A model generated the notes under the pieces. That model was not told the DNA's origin and searched no databases. It saw only the letters and a list, made by a program, of their open reading frames with translations. The position numbers and the translations under genes were made by a program. From Blepharisma stoltei ATCC 30299 (Eukaryota; Protista; Ciliophora), in assembly GCA_965603825.1 (NCBI GenBank), contig CBFDEM010000051.1, positions 124,001-188,000 of the forward strand: 64,000 bases of DNA, read 5' to 3'. This document shows positions 1 through 12,133 of the stretch, piece by piece (position 1 is the stretch's first letter; the number at the start of each line of letters is the position of its first letter).

Positions 1-1124
1 GTATTATCATTGCATATGCATGTATCCTTATTCATTACTGCATCTGCAGGACAAAAATTTGCATCGCAGCCATCAATAATACCAGAATCTTTGCAAGTAC
101 CTTCACAATTTTTATTGCAAAGCCCACAATACCCAGATCTTAAGCAATAATTGCAATTACTATCACAAGCAACACATTTATCAGTCGTTTCATCATAAAA
201 TTCATTTACCTTGCAAGAAATCAGACATGCGCCCAGAGATTTTGGACAGTTAAAAAAATTTTCAATATAATCTCCAGGCCACGCACGGTTATCTTTTGTT
301 GGAATATATATAAATTCATAAATTCACCCAGTAATTCCACCAATTGATAAATCATAGTTATTAGCCTCATCTAAAAAATAATAAATCGTTGTCACATCAC
401 TACTAGACACCAAAGTATTATTTATTCATAAATTTATGATGTGCCCAGTTCCCCTATATGCACCAGTTTTTTCGAAATCTTCAATTTTAAGCAGATTTCA
501 ATCTGAGTTATTTGGAATGTCTGCGCTTAAAGTTGCATAGGAAGTCATTTGATCTTTGCACACTTTTCGTGCATATTCAAATCTGTAGGAAACACCTCAG
601 ATGCTTGATACTTTAAAATAAGTGGTGAAATCTGAGTTAATATCCATTTTTCTTAGTAAATATCCAACTGCTTCAATTTTTGCCCAAAAAATTCAAGTTG
701 TGTAAAAAGACAGGTAAAAACTGCCAGACTTTTTAGAGAGAATTTGATTAGAATTCGCAAAATAAAGTCCACGTTGGTACCCAGGCGTTGGTAAATTCGA
801 TGGGTTGTTTATAATATCAGGTCCAGTGAAAGTGTAAATATTTGGAGAATTCGAGTCACCAATAATACTTGAGGTCGTTTGAAAATTAAAAATTAATCTT
901 TTAGTTGCATCAGGCTCTATGCATACATTTAATCCGTCAGTAGAGACATCTCAAAGTGTTGGGCACTGACCATAGCAGAAACCCATGAAATCATAGCATT
1001 CCTCAAAGTAACTCGTTGAGCATTCTAGAGCTCCTTCAACAAAATTAACCCAAAAAGAGCTTCATTCGAAAAAAGCTAAGAAATATAAAAAAAAAGCACG
1101 GGTTGAAGAAAATCAAAATGCCAT
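1..1124 (-). CDS. 5' part of a secreted/surface Cys-rich, LamG/ConA-like protein; tandem paralog of the gene at 1421-6478 (runs off the window)
   Basis: ATG at 1124; frame open to the window edge with TGA=W. Hydrophobic N-terminus, then CYGQCPTLW...PDATKRLIFNF...FTGPDIINNP...PGYQRGLYF, matching the N-terminus of 1421-6478 (CPTLW...PDSTKRLIFNF...FHGPDIDNNP...PGIQRGLYF), followed by furin-like Cys repeats. Absent from the ORF track. Confidence 0.85.
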
Positions 1125-1307
1125 TCTAAATTTATTAGATATAGAAATATATCATAAATATGGCATTAAGCTACTTCATTGATAATAATCTATAAAAAGA
1201 TTTGATATTATCAAAAGAGATGCTATATTGTAATATTATTGCTATTTTAAAATCTATAAAAAGCTGATATAATTATTGATAAATCAATTTTTATCATAAT
1301 ATTTAGC

Positions 1308-1400
1308 ATAGCGCCCCTTCTTCATTCCAGGATATGCCCTTGCTGATTTTTATTGTTCCTGAATGAAAAATCAAATAATACCCAATCAGCAATTATAATA
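1308..1400. repeat. Degenerate copy of the 3' end of the REJ/GPS gene
   Basis: 1308-1358 aligns by hand to 1457-1508 (about 40 of 52 columns identical). 1366-1400 resembles 1587-1628. Confidence 0.6.
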
Positions 1401-1420
1401 AAATATTAAATTAAAAAACT

Positions 1421-4400
1421 TTATGACTTGGCATTATTCTTGGTTTTATCCTTATTATAGCGTCGCTTCCATCGTTTCGGGATATGCTCTTCTTGATTTT
1501 CATTATTCTCTGAGTCAATTTTTTTATGCCTCCCTGGGGTATTGGGGAGCTTCTGTCTTGACCCTATTACCATACCAATTTTTGTTAAAAATCAAATAAG
1601 AATAACTCTAGCAGCAATTTTAACAAAAGTAATAAAAAATATATCCGCTGCAGAATTTAATATTGTATTATAAACCCATTTGCAAGACGGCGCAAGATCA
1701 AATTGAATAGAAAATAAAATAATTGACCAGCAGAAAAATATCAAAAGGCCATATGATAAAATATAAAAAATAATGATTTTGATCTTATTTATTTTTTTGG
1801 CTTTCTTTACTTTAGGGTCTTCATTATTTCCTGGTGGAATTTTTTTCATTTTCGCAAAAAAATTCAATATGATCCCTAATCCAAAAGTAAAACAAGCTGC
1901 ATAAACGCCTGCCCAAAAATCTCGAAAATCATAATTTTCTATCAGTTTTTTTAGATTAAAAGTTCATTTTTTATCAGAATCGCTGTTTTGATAAAACAGG
2001 CCTATAAAGAACATATTTCCTAAAAATAAGGTACTATAAATTGTAACAAGCGAAAAATGTGAATAATTCTCATGGGTCAAGAATATTCTAATAAAAGGGT
2101 GGTTATGCAAAACATACTGAAATTTCGAAAGCTTTTGCTCTTTTTTCGCGTTTTCATTCTTAAATTCCCCTTGAGGATCATCTATAGCTACAACGGTATT
2201 ATTTTCAAAATTTTGTGATTTGCTCCTCACATAACTAATTATAATTGAGTCATCAGATCTCGCTGTAAAATCTCCAGAGCTAGGTAAAGAGCTATTTTCG
2301 TTTGCATTTATTTTATTTTCATTCCCTAATCCATCCATTTTAAGTGCCATCATAGACAAAATGGAATGAAACAGTAAAACTCCTATACAAAAATATAGCC
2401 CAATAGCATTATCTCAATTAATCCCTGAAAAGGCGCCGATATTAATAATATCGCCTGCGTTGTTAGAAGCGGCAGCAACTCAAATTGCTTCAACCATTGC
2501 TGTAAATGTACCTAAGCGCTTACATTTACAGTTTACAGAAGTTTCGTTAAATGATATAACTTTGCAGCCTTCAGACCTTCAGTCGTTGTTTTCTAAATAG
2601 CTGCAATTTATGACATGAACGTAAGTGCCATTTTTTGAGGTAGAATTTGAGCCTGAAGAAGAGTCTGAGGAGGACCCTGAGGAGGAATCTGATGAGGAAT
2701 TTGAAGAGGTACTATTAGTGATATTAATCATATTTGGGTCAAAATTTAATACTGGAATCGTTAAAGAATGGTAAGCAGTGTGATTTAAAGAAATTGGAGC
2801 TGAGGTAGTTAAGTCAATCAAATTAAAAGAAATAATTGAAAAAGTTGCATTTTTCTCACTAGGGATAGGATCATAGCTTACAAAGCTTGTCCCTACATGT
2901 GTATAATTACTTAAAGAATCTGTAATATTCGGATCTAGTACAACTGAGGCATCTTTTATAATTGTTGTCCAATTCCCTAAGCTGCCAATAGTTTGGACTG
3001 ATACTTCTGTGTTCACTTTTTCGCTGCTAAATTGTTTCGTCTCTTCTTTAGACATCCCTGCTAATGCCATTCCATGAATTTTTATCATATTATTATCAAC
3101 TTCATGCATCAGTTCAGTATGATTTTTAACTTTATCCCCATGAACCTGAAAATTGTTATCTGAAACACCTACAAAGGTCTGTGTATCCGCGTCCTTTATT
3201 TTAGATTTTCCATCAATTTTTTCTTTTACGTGATTAATGCAATCCCCCACCTTTTTTACATTATCATGAGTGTTCACATGTGGATTTTTCGTCATAGAGT
3301 CAAGCATAGCTCCTACAGATTTCGCTGAGTCACCATCGTTTGGGTCCATTGCATCAGTATATTTAGAAATCGCGCCCATAGAAATATCATATGCATTCTG
3401 TATAGAATCATCTAACGCTGTATAGTTATTATCAGTTATATATTCTCTATTAGGAAATAATGCGGCGATTTGGGAGACGAATAAAGGGATCGATAAAGGC
3501 GGGGTTGTATCTGAATTTATTTGTTCTGTAATACTGCTAAGGGCTTTCTCTGTGTCTAAATCAGGTTGTAAAGAGACAGATACTACAGATGTTACAGTAG
3601 TTACGGCTGATAAAGAATCATAAATGCTAGCTGAAATGATAATTCCATTACTGGAATATGCGAATTGTGAATAAATAATTGAGGTAAGATTTTTTGCATT
3701 TAGGGTTTGATAAATATTATTTATATAATACCCAAAAGAGTATTGAAGCGGCAAGTCACCATCAGGGTCTGTCCAATCCAATGCTGCAATTGTAAAAATG
3801 GTGCTCATTTCAATCCCTGAGTTTGGAGTCACTTTTAAATATCCGCCGATTGGGTTTTGATTCACAGAAAATGACCAAGAAAAAGGAAATTCGCCATTTA
3901 TAAGCGCTTGCAAGGTATATGACTGTCCTTGCAATAAAGAGCCTTCTTTTATAACTAAAGCTGCACTATTTAAAGGTGTCACTATTTCAATTGATGAGCC
4001 TTTTACTACAGACCATAAAACAGTATCTTTATCAGATAGCCCTTGAATTCCTATACGGTAAGCTGCATTTGGGCTTGGCTTACCATAAGCAACAGTTTTC
4101 TCATATATATTTATAGCTGGGACTGTTTTTTGTATACAAGTAATTATAATAGATTTTGATGCTGAATTTGTACTGTGGATAGGATTTCATGGACTTTTGG
4201 TAATTTTTAGCGTAAATGTATAAATTCCTCCTACATTTAATGAGTTTGTAGGTACTGTCAATTTTATTGCTGAGGTGTCCTGTATAATATTTGAGCAGTC
4301 AGAAGAAGAAACGGTACAAGTTCATAGGTAAATCATACTAGATTTTGTACCATCAGGATCATAAGAACCACTTGCATCAATAACAAGCTGCTGATTAACT

Positions 4401-6478
4401 CCTATTTGTCCGTCAGTTCTGTCAAATAAAATTATCGGATCGCTTGAGTCTGTTTGGATGGTTAAATCTGCGTCGCCTTCAAGCTTATTTACAGAATCAT
4501 AGCCATGGACATGAAATGTGATAGTCGATAAAGAAGGCAGGACTCCTGGAGGAATAATCAAAGTAAAGCTTGATAATTTATTGCTGCTTCATAAAGAAGT
4601 TTCGTCAATGCTTGTCATGTTATTTGTGACTGATGCAATTGACCAAGTAATTTTTAAGCTGGAAATCGTGGCACATGCAGAAATTGAGCTTATTGAAAGA
4701 GAGTATGATTTAAGTCTTGAAATTGTTTTTGCGATTGTACTGTCAAATGTAATAGATAGCTTTGGAGCAGCAGTTACTTTAACTGTTTGTGTTATAGATA
4801 AAATGTTAAAAGGATTTTTTACTTTAATTGATACAGTAATGATTGCTTCAACTAATTTACTTTGTGGAATAGTAATGCTTGCAAAGGTTGAACTATATTC
4901 TGTAGAATAGGAAGAAATGGTAGCACTTGCAGGATCAGAAGAAATATCTCACTTATACTGCTCATTAGGCCAGCCAGGATCAGTTATCCCATTCAATATA
5001 AGATTTTGGCACATAATAATTACTTCCGAAGGGGCTAAAAGTGCAAACTTAGGCATAGGTGATGAAGATGGATCTGGAATAGGCACTTGGACTGTTACTG
5101 AAGGTGTATCACAAGTGTCTGCACGGTTTTTTAAAGCCCCAGCTATAAATACTGCAGATCCTCCTCCAAAAGTATAGCCTTTTCCTAAATTTACCACCAA
5201 TTTTGTAAAGTCAGTATTAAAAATACAAGTCGGGCTATACCCAAATGCAGAATAAGTCGAAGAATCAAATAAATTGGTGCATCCACTACTAGACCCATCA
5301 GCAGCCACAGTAAAAGAGAATTGGATTTTTAAAAAATCTGTGGAAAATGAAGCAGTAATAGAGCTGCTTGATATAGCAGGTGTACATGGGCTTGTATCAC
5401 AACCGTTAAAAACTCCTGAGATGCTACAGCCACTTTGGCAATCTAAGCCGCAAGGGCTGCAATTTTGGATCCTTATACAGTATGAGCAGGTGGTTTGACA
5501 ATTAGCGCAGAGACCATTATCATCTACAAATTGGTTGACTGTGCAATCAACAAGACATAAGGGATCTAAAGATTTTGGACAAGTAATTTGGTTGCCTACA
5601 GTATAATCGTTAGGCCATGCATATGTGTCTAGACCTGGAACATAAATTAATTGAAATATTCACCCAACAATGCCATTTCCAATTCTTAGGTCGTCGTAAG
5701 AAGGATCATCATAGTGGTATAGAGAGCCAGCAATGGTAGTGCCTGAAATCCCGATATTATTTGTATATACTGTGGTTGTGTATAGGTATGTGCTGTAAGA
5801 AGTAAAGCTATAAGCTTGGGTAATTTTGATAATATTTCAAGTATTGTCACCTATACTCATCGTAGCTAAAGTTTGGGTTTGAGAGAATGTTTCAATGCAG
5901 TATATTCTACCAAATAAAATATACCCTCCACTAGTTATTTTAATATGCATTGACATTTCTCCACTATTATTTCTTTTACTTAGAAGATAATTAGAACCTT
6001 GTGAAGAGTCAACTTTAATCCAAAATATTCATGTATGGTCAAATGAAAGTAAAATCGACCCTGAACTTTTACTTAAAAATACTTCTGAATTCGGAAAGTA
6101 AAGTCCTCTTTGAATTCCTGGTAATGGCAAAGTTTCCGGGTTGTTATCAATATCAGGTCCGTGAAAAGCATAAAGACTTGGATTATCAGGGTCACCGATT
6201 GCGTATTTAAATTGGTGAAAATTAAATATCAATCTCTTAGTGGAATCTGGGGCTGTGCATGTATAAGGGTTGTCACTGCTAATTGGAGCAGAAGGTATTC
6301 AAAGCGTTGGGCATTGGCTCTTACAAATGTATTGATGTAAATAGCAGCTTGTACATGCTAAAAGACTATAAGTTCATGCTTCCTGGCCAGAGCAGGTCAT
6401 CAAGTAGCAATAATTGGAATTAGAGAATGAAAATAAGAAAAGCAGTATAGGTAAACTGGAGAAGATAGTTATTTTCAT
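1421..6478 (-). CDS. ~1685-aa polycystin-1-like receptor: signal peptide, LamG-like and Cys-rich region, REJ/PKD-like domain, GAIN/GPS, ~5 TM helices
   Basis: ORF-track pieces 6029, 4949, 4322, 2579, 1964 and 1592 are all in one frame, separated by TGA. ATG 6478 (MKITIFSSLPILLFLFSFS), stop TAA 1421-1423. REJ-type motifs IDASGSYDPD and GGYLKVTP..G..MST.F.I.A.DWTDPDGDLPLQYSF; GPS-like C-x6-DW.SEGC...CKCKRLGTF; hydrophobic segments follow. Confidence 0.85.
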
Positions 6479-7036
6479 TTATTAATAATCTTTCGCCAAA
6501 AATCAAATAAAAATTTTCATATTATTATTCGAGGAAATATTGTGATTAAATATAAAACTATTTCTTCTGAAAATAGAAAACAGTGGAAATTTAAAATGAA
6601 TAAACAGTTTCATGCTAAATTTATTTAATAAATAAAATACTGTTATTTTTACAAGCAGTATCTGAATAATCATATCATTACAGGTTTTTAGCATATTTAG
6701 CCAAGCTATTTAATTGAATAAGATAAATATTGATATTTAAGAATCATGAGCTTTTTTTAAGAAATATGCCAAGACTATTCAAGGTTTTTTTAAACGCGAA
6801 GTATCTAGTTTTAAAAAAAATCACTGCAGTTTTGTATAATTAAATTCAAAATTTTACAAAAGCATGCACAATTTTACATATCATTTGCTTTGATCTCATC
6901 TTGGCTTCTGCATTCCAAAAAAGACATTGCTAGAAACTTTAGAATTTTCACACTTTGAATCATTTGCTTTCAAAAAGAGATTTATACAATTCGCTATATT
7001 TTACAGTTTTCTCAGCTCCCACTATTTTTATTATAA

Positions 7037-7846
7037 ATGTCTTATAAATTTTTACAGTCTCAAAATCGAGACCGTTCACGCCGCCAACAAAACCCTCAAA
7101 TCCCTACCAAATCATTCTCATTTATTGTCACAAAGTCTGCAAACCCTTCAAACCCCACCCAGCAAAATTTTGCAACCAAGCCTAAACAAATTCAAAATTC
7201 GCCTAATATAAATCCTCGAAATCTCGAAGCAGGGAAATATCTCTATATAAAAAACCAAAAATTAATATCAAGTCAAGACAATTTAATTCCTTCAAATGAA
7301 AAAGTCCAGTCAATTCCTTCATATGACGATTTATGTCAGCCTGAAAGCTTAAGTAATCATGAATCTGATCATAGTTTATTAATAAGTGATAGGCTTGGCC
7401 ACGTTACAGGAGTGGATTCTTACTCACATTTGAGTACTGAAGAAGCTAAAGTATTGACTCAAGTAAGAGATCAGCAACCTAAAGCTGAACTGAGAAGCTC
7501 GCCAATTATTTTTTCATCAGTGTCATCAAGGCACTCAAGTCCAAAAAAAGTTGATAGGTAGATTTTATTTAGTATTGCTCAAAAAACTAATGAGCTTGAA
7601 GCTATATTTAAAGAAGAAATCGAAAAATACAAAAAACTTGAAAAAATCTATAACGACCTATTAGAAAAGCATACAGAATCTGAAACGAGCAACGAAAAGC
7701 TAATCCAAAACCTTTCTAAAGAGATAAACCGCTTAAAAACTCATCAAGAGCCAACAAAACCTCAAGAAAATCCTACACTTTCTTTAGTGTTAGAAGAAAT
7801 AAAGCTTATTAAAGAGAGATTGGATATTATTGAAAAATCTCAATAA
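7037..7846 (+). CDS. Hypothetical protein with a low-complexity N-terminus and coiled-coil C-terminus (264 aa, 1 intron)
   Basis: ORF 7037 hits TAG inside the 15-nt intron 7558-7572. Splicing extends the frame (SIAQKTNELEAIFKEE...) to TAA 7844-7846. Confidence 0.75.
7558..7572 (+). other. 15-nt spliceosomal intron
   Basis: gtagattttatttag; removal restores the frame; A at position 10. Confidence 0.8.
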
Positions 7847-7856
7847 TAATGATAAA

Positions 7857-9335
7857 CTAGTTAGTTACAGGCTCCAGATTTTTGGCTTGTCTAAACAATG
7901 CATCTTCATCACATTGAAAATCTTGTGCTTTTAAATATTGATAAAGCATTTTTATTGGATGGAAAACCAGGATTTGTTGTTGGTAGTTAGTTATTCTTTC
8001 CAGCACATCTGCAGTCGCTTTATGTTTGCTTACATTAATTAGCCCTGACTCAAGCTTATCTTTTCTTCTTATATCATTTTGGTTCAACTCTTGTCTTAGG
8101 GCTAAAAAACATGGGACTTTGCAATTATTCGTAACCATTTCTTGTCTGACAGCAACAAAATTTGAGTCATAAATTTCTTCTAGTTTTTGCCACATGCCTC
8201 GATGGGTTGCGCTTTTTTTGACTTCTTTACAAGTAGCATCCAGTGCTCTAATAGTGTCACTTTTTAATGCTGAATTAATAATAAAAGGGCTCTCAAAATT
8301 ATTTATCACGGTTAAACACTCTGTCGCAACTTCTAAAAGCTTTTTAACAATTTTTACTCGATTATTAAAATCTGATTGTGACACAATAGCATTCAATATC
8401 AGCCCCCTACAGCTAGCAAACCTTTTAGAAATCGCTAAAACATTTGGAGCTAGAGTTTCTTTATCATTTTTTTCCCAATTCCTCGATAAAAGTTCTCCAA
8501 TGCCTACAGCTTTAAGCATATCGCTTTCTATAAGCGACAATTGCCTCGCTATTTCTGTTGGGCTTCATAGGAGAAGTGGCTCCATTTTAAAGTCAATTTC
8601 TTTAGGTAGCTGTGGCGGAGGAGGCTCTCTTAAATCTCCAAATGTAACTTTATATTCTTTTTCTTCTTCATCTAAGCTCGCTAAAGATTGTAAAATAGGT
8701 TTGCAGTTATTTTTAGTAAAGGTGTCTGATGTAGAGTCTCTTAGGTCTTCTAAAAACCGTTGAAGCATAGCTTTGATGCCTTTTTGTTCCTTAAAATGCA
8801 TAGGCCATAATTTTATTCATTTTTTTAATAAGCTTGCAACCTTGCTTTGGATACTCCTGACTTTTTTCATTTGAAAAGTTTTAAATTCACTTGCACTCAT
8901 AAGCGGTGGGATTGGAACTCTATGTCTTTGTATTAGAGCTTCTAATAGCTCTTTCGGAGAAGAATATATAGGAAATGTATAAAACACGATATTAGATAAT
9001 TCAGTAGTTCCTTCATCAGTGATTTTTTCAATTAATTTCAAAAATGTTGCACCTACAAGTTCTTGGTCTGGAGAAAATTCTACGTTAAAAGGAGAGTCTG
9101 GCTCATCAAACTTGTAGACAGAGTCTTTTGATTTTACTGTAAAAATATCTCGGCATAGCTCACGAAAATGTTCTGGTAAGTAATCTAAGTTTCTTTCTAA
9201 ATCGTCGTCAAGAATATCTACAGGCTCTCCGTATTCTTCTTCCATACGGGCATTTTCTTCAATCAAAAATTGGAATAATTCAGTAAGATCTCGCCCGTCT
9301 GAAAGTTTTACCTGTATATTCCCTAAACTAGACAT
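7857..9335 (-). CDS. RasGEF (REM + CDC25-like domain), 492 aa
   Basis: Three in-frame ORFs joined by TGA. GATFLKLIEKIT..FYTFPIYSSPKELLEALIQRH (REM); WSPTEIARQLSLIE, WEKNDKETLAPNV, NNFES, VPCF, GLINVSK (CDC25). Stop TAG. Confidence 0.88.
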
Positions 9336-9504
9336 TTTATTACAGAAAATTTCAAATTTTTAGCTTAAATTTTAACCTTTTTAACTACTTGCAGAATAAA
9401 TGTAATTAAAATTAAATTTTTTAAACAAAAATTAGTTTTAAGTTAATTTTTAATTAATAGAATATGGATCAGCTGAAACTTATATATAAAATTTCATAAA
9501 CAAA

Positions 9505-10815
9505 ATGGACAGCGGCTATTGACTTAAAGAAATAACTTACGAGGGCAGAAAATACAAAATTCTATTGCAAAGCTATAATGGTCCTTGCCCACTTTTGGCA
9601 ATTGCAAACGTATTGATTTTACGCGGGGAATTAAAAATCCACTCAGATTATTCTAATGTTACACATGATATGTTAACTTCATTAGTCGCCAATGTGATAA
9701 GCAATTCTGATCCAAATTTGCAGCGAAAAAATACCTTAGCAGAAGTCGCTGCTTTACGCGTAGAAAATGCTTTGATCCTTCTTACAACTTTACAAGTAGG
9801 TCTAGATGTCAATGTGAGATTTAATGATATTCATGGCTTTGAGCATACCCCAGAAAGCGACGTATTTCTTTTGTTAAATATTCCTTTATTACATGGGTGA
9901 ATTGTAGACCCTCAAACGGAAGCTTCTCGAGCTATTGGAGATTTAAGTTACAATCAGCTTCAAGAAGTTTTAGTTAGCTGCATAGAAATAGAGGGAAAAC
10001 AAGTTATGACGAAAGAAGACTGAGAATTAAAAAACAAAGGAAAATTAATTGAAGAGTTTTTAAGTAACTCAGCAAGCCAATTAACTGAAGAAGGACTGAA
10101 ACGGTTAAAAACAGAATTAGAAGATGGGAAATTATATGTCTTGTTTAGAAATAATCATTTTTCAACACTTTTAAAAAGAAAAGGTGAAATTTATTTGCTA
10201 GCTACAGATTTAGGATTTAGAGAAGCCAAAAAATTCGTTTGGGAACATATGGATGCCATATCAGGTAACAATAAATGGTGTGATTCAGAATTTAATGAAG
10301 TAGAAGAAAGCGAAGTTATTTCTTTTAACTCAATGAATCAGCAAAGCCCAGCCCCACACCCAGAAAACTATGAAGAAAATATGCTAATAGATGAAGCAAA
10401 ACAAAAAAATATTGAAGAAGATGCAAGCTTAGCTTTAGCATTAGCCTTAGCTTATAATGAAGAAGAATGAGAATCTGACGAAATAAAAAAAAATAATGAA
10501 AAAGAAATAGAAGAAATGAAGAAAAAAGAAGACGAAAATAAGAAGATAGAAGACGAAAAACAAATTAAAGAAGAATTGGACAAGAAAAAGAAAGAAGAAG
10601 AAACCAAGAAAAAAGAAGAAAATAAAAAGAAAGAAGAAGAAATCAAGAAAAAAGAAGAAAATAAAAAGAAAGAAGAAGAAAGCAAGAGAAAAGAAGAAAA
10701 AGAAAAATCGATAAAAGAAAGTAATGATAACAAAAAAAGAAGATCAAAGAAAAATGAAAGTAATGAGTCAGGACAAGTGAAAAAGAAAAAAAGCAGGGCC
10801 TGCAGCGTTTTTTAG
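9505..10815 (+). CDS. MINDY1: MINDY-1/2 family deubiquitinase with MIU, K/E-rich repeat and C-terminal CaaX (436 aa)
   Basis: LLQSYNGPCPLLAIANVL (catalytic Cys), HGW(TGA)IVDPQ, LSYNQL, FRNNHFSTL (catalytic His), YLLATDLGF, MIU-like EEDASLALALAL; ends in CSVF*. Confidence 0.9.
10580..10700 (+). repeat. Purine-rich coding tandem repeat (KKKEEE units, ~21/42-nt period)
   Basis: aagaaaaaagaagaaaataaaaagaaagaagaagaaa repeated. Confidence 0.8.
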
Positions 10816-10906
10816 GTAGTTAATAATTTGCGATAATAAATTAATTAATTTCTGAAAATTCATTTTGTCATAATTAAATTGTTAAGAAAACCAAAAATAT
10901 AGAAAT

Positions 10907-12058
10907 ATGGAGCCAGACCCTAAAAAATTAGGTGAATCCTTAGAAATAGCAATGAGAGAAGGAAACTTCACTGAAGCTTTAAAACTTATAGATGCCTTAC
11001 AAAGCACAGGTGCTGAGGTCAAGTTTAAGATGGTACCCAAAATGCGTCAAAAAATCCCTTCAGCTCCTATACAAAAAAGACCTGCTAATAAAGAGCCGCA
11101 AAAAATAGATCCGCCCCCTTCAAATGGTTTACTAGAAAATTATCCGTGAAATAATCAACCAAAAATTCCCAAGAAAAATGATATTCATGAAAAAATTCCA
11201 CCTCAAAAAATAAATGACCCTCAAAATAACCTTCAACAAATTCCACCTCAAAAAATAAATGACCCTCAAAATAACCTTCAACAAATTCCACCTCCTCCTT
11301 TAAACAAAGTATACAACCCTCCTCCAAATCTTGCTCAAAATTTTCAGCCTGTGAATATTGCTGAAGCTCTAGATTCTGGTCTCCCTGATTTGCCTTATGG
11401 TTTACATCAAATTAATCCTATGGCAATTCCTAAAGCATTTTTTAGACCTCCTGAACCTCTTAGAAATCCTGAACCTCCTGGACCTGGTATATTTCCTAAG
11501 GCTCCTCCAGTGCCTCCATCTCCTAGCTATCATGATCCTAATTTAATGCCTCGATTTTCTGAGCCTGCCTTATATAGACCTTTTGAGCCTGCTATATTTC
11601 CTAGACCATCTGAGCCTATCTGACCTCAAAAAGCTCCTGATCTCAATAGACAGCCTAATCCCGCTATATTTCCTAAAGCTCCAGAACCAGCTCAAAAGTC
11701 TTTTGAGCCTATTAAGCCCATTAAGCCACCTCCAAATCTCCTCGTTCAAAATAACACACTTATAATCCCACAACAAAAAAATCCAGGCCCTCAAGATTTT
11801 TTCCAAAATTTCGAACATCCTCAAGCAAAACTCGCAAATATAAATATTCCTAATGAAATAGAAATACCTGAGGCAGATAATCCGTCTCCAAACAAATATT
11901 TAGACGATAGTCCAGAAGCAAGGATGAAAAAACTGCAAGAAAATACTGAAAAAATCTATAAGACATTATTAGAGTGGGGATGTGATGAAGAAAAAGCAAG
12001 AAAAATATCCAAACAAGTAAGCACCATTGAAGCAGCAGGGGAAAAATATTTTGGCTAG
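10907..12058 (+). CDS. Proline-rich protein with a possible C-terminal UBA-like helical domain (383 aa)
   Basis: ORFs 10907 and 11351 are in frame through TGA; open to TAG 12056-12058. Tail IYKTLLEWGCDEEKARKISKQVSTIEAAGEKYFG. Confidence 0.75.
11194..11294 (+). repeat. 45-bp perfect coding tandem duplication (IPPQKINDPQNNLQQ x2)
   Basis: aattccacctcaaaaaataaatgaccctcaaaataaccttcaaca repeated twice. Confidence 0.9.
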
Positions 12059-12133
12059 TTTAATTATAAAATAAGATATTTTGCTAAGAAATGGTCTAGA
12101 TTATTTTTGATTAATAAATTGGTGAAGAATAAA

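Noticed and set aside
4518-5498. Antisense ORFs in the track (e.g. 4518, 4917, 8194, 10452, 17372, 21402, 23314, 35625, 48933, 58976)
   Set aside because: They are shadow ORFs opposite well-supported genes, with no motifs
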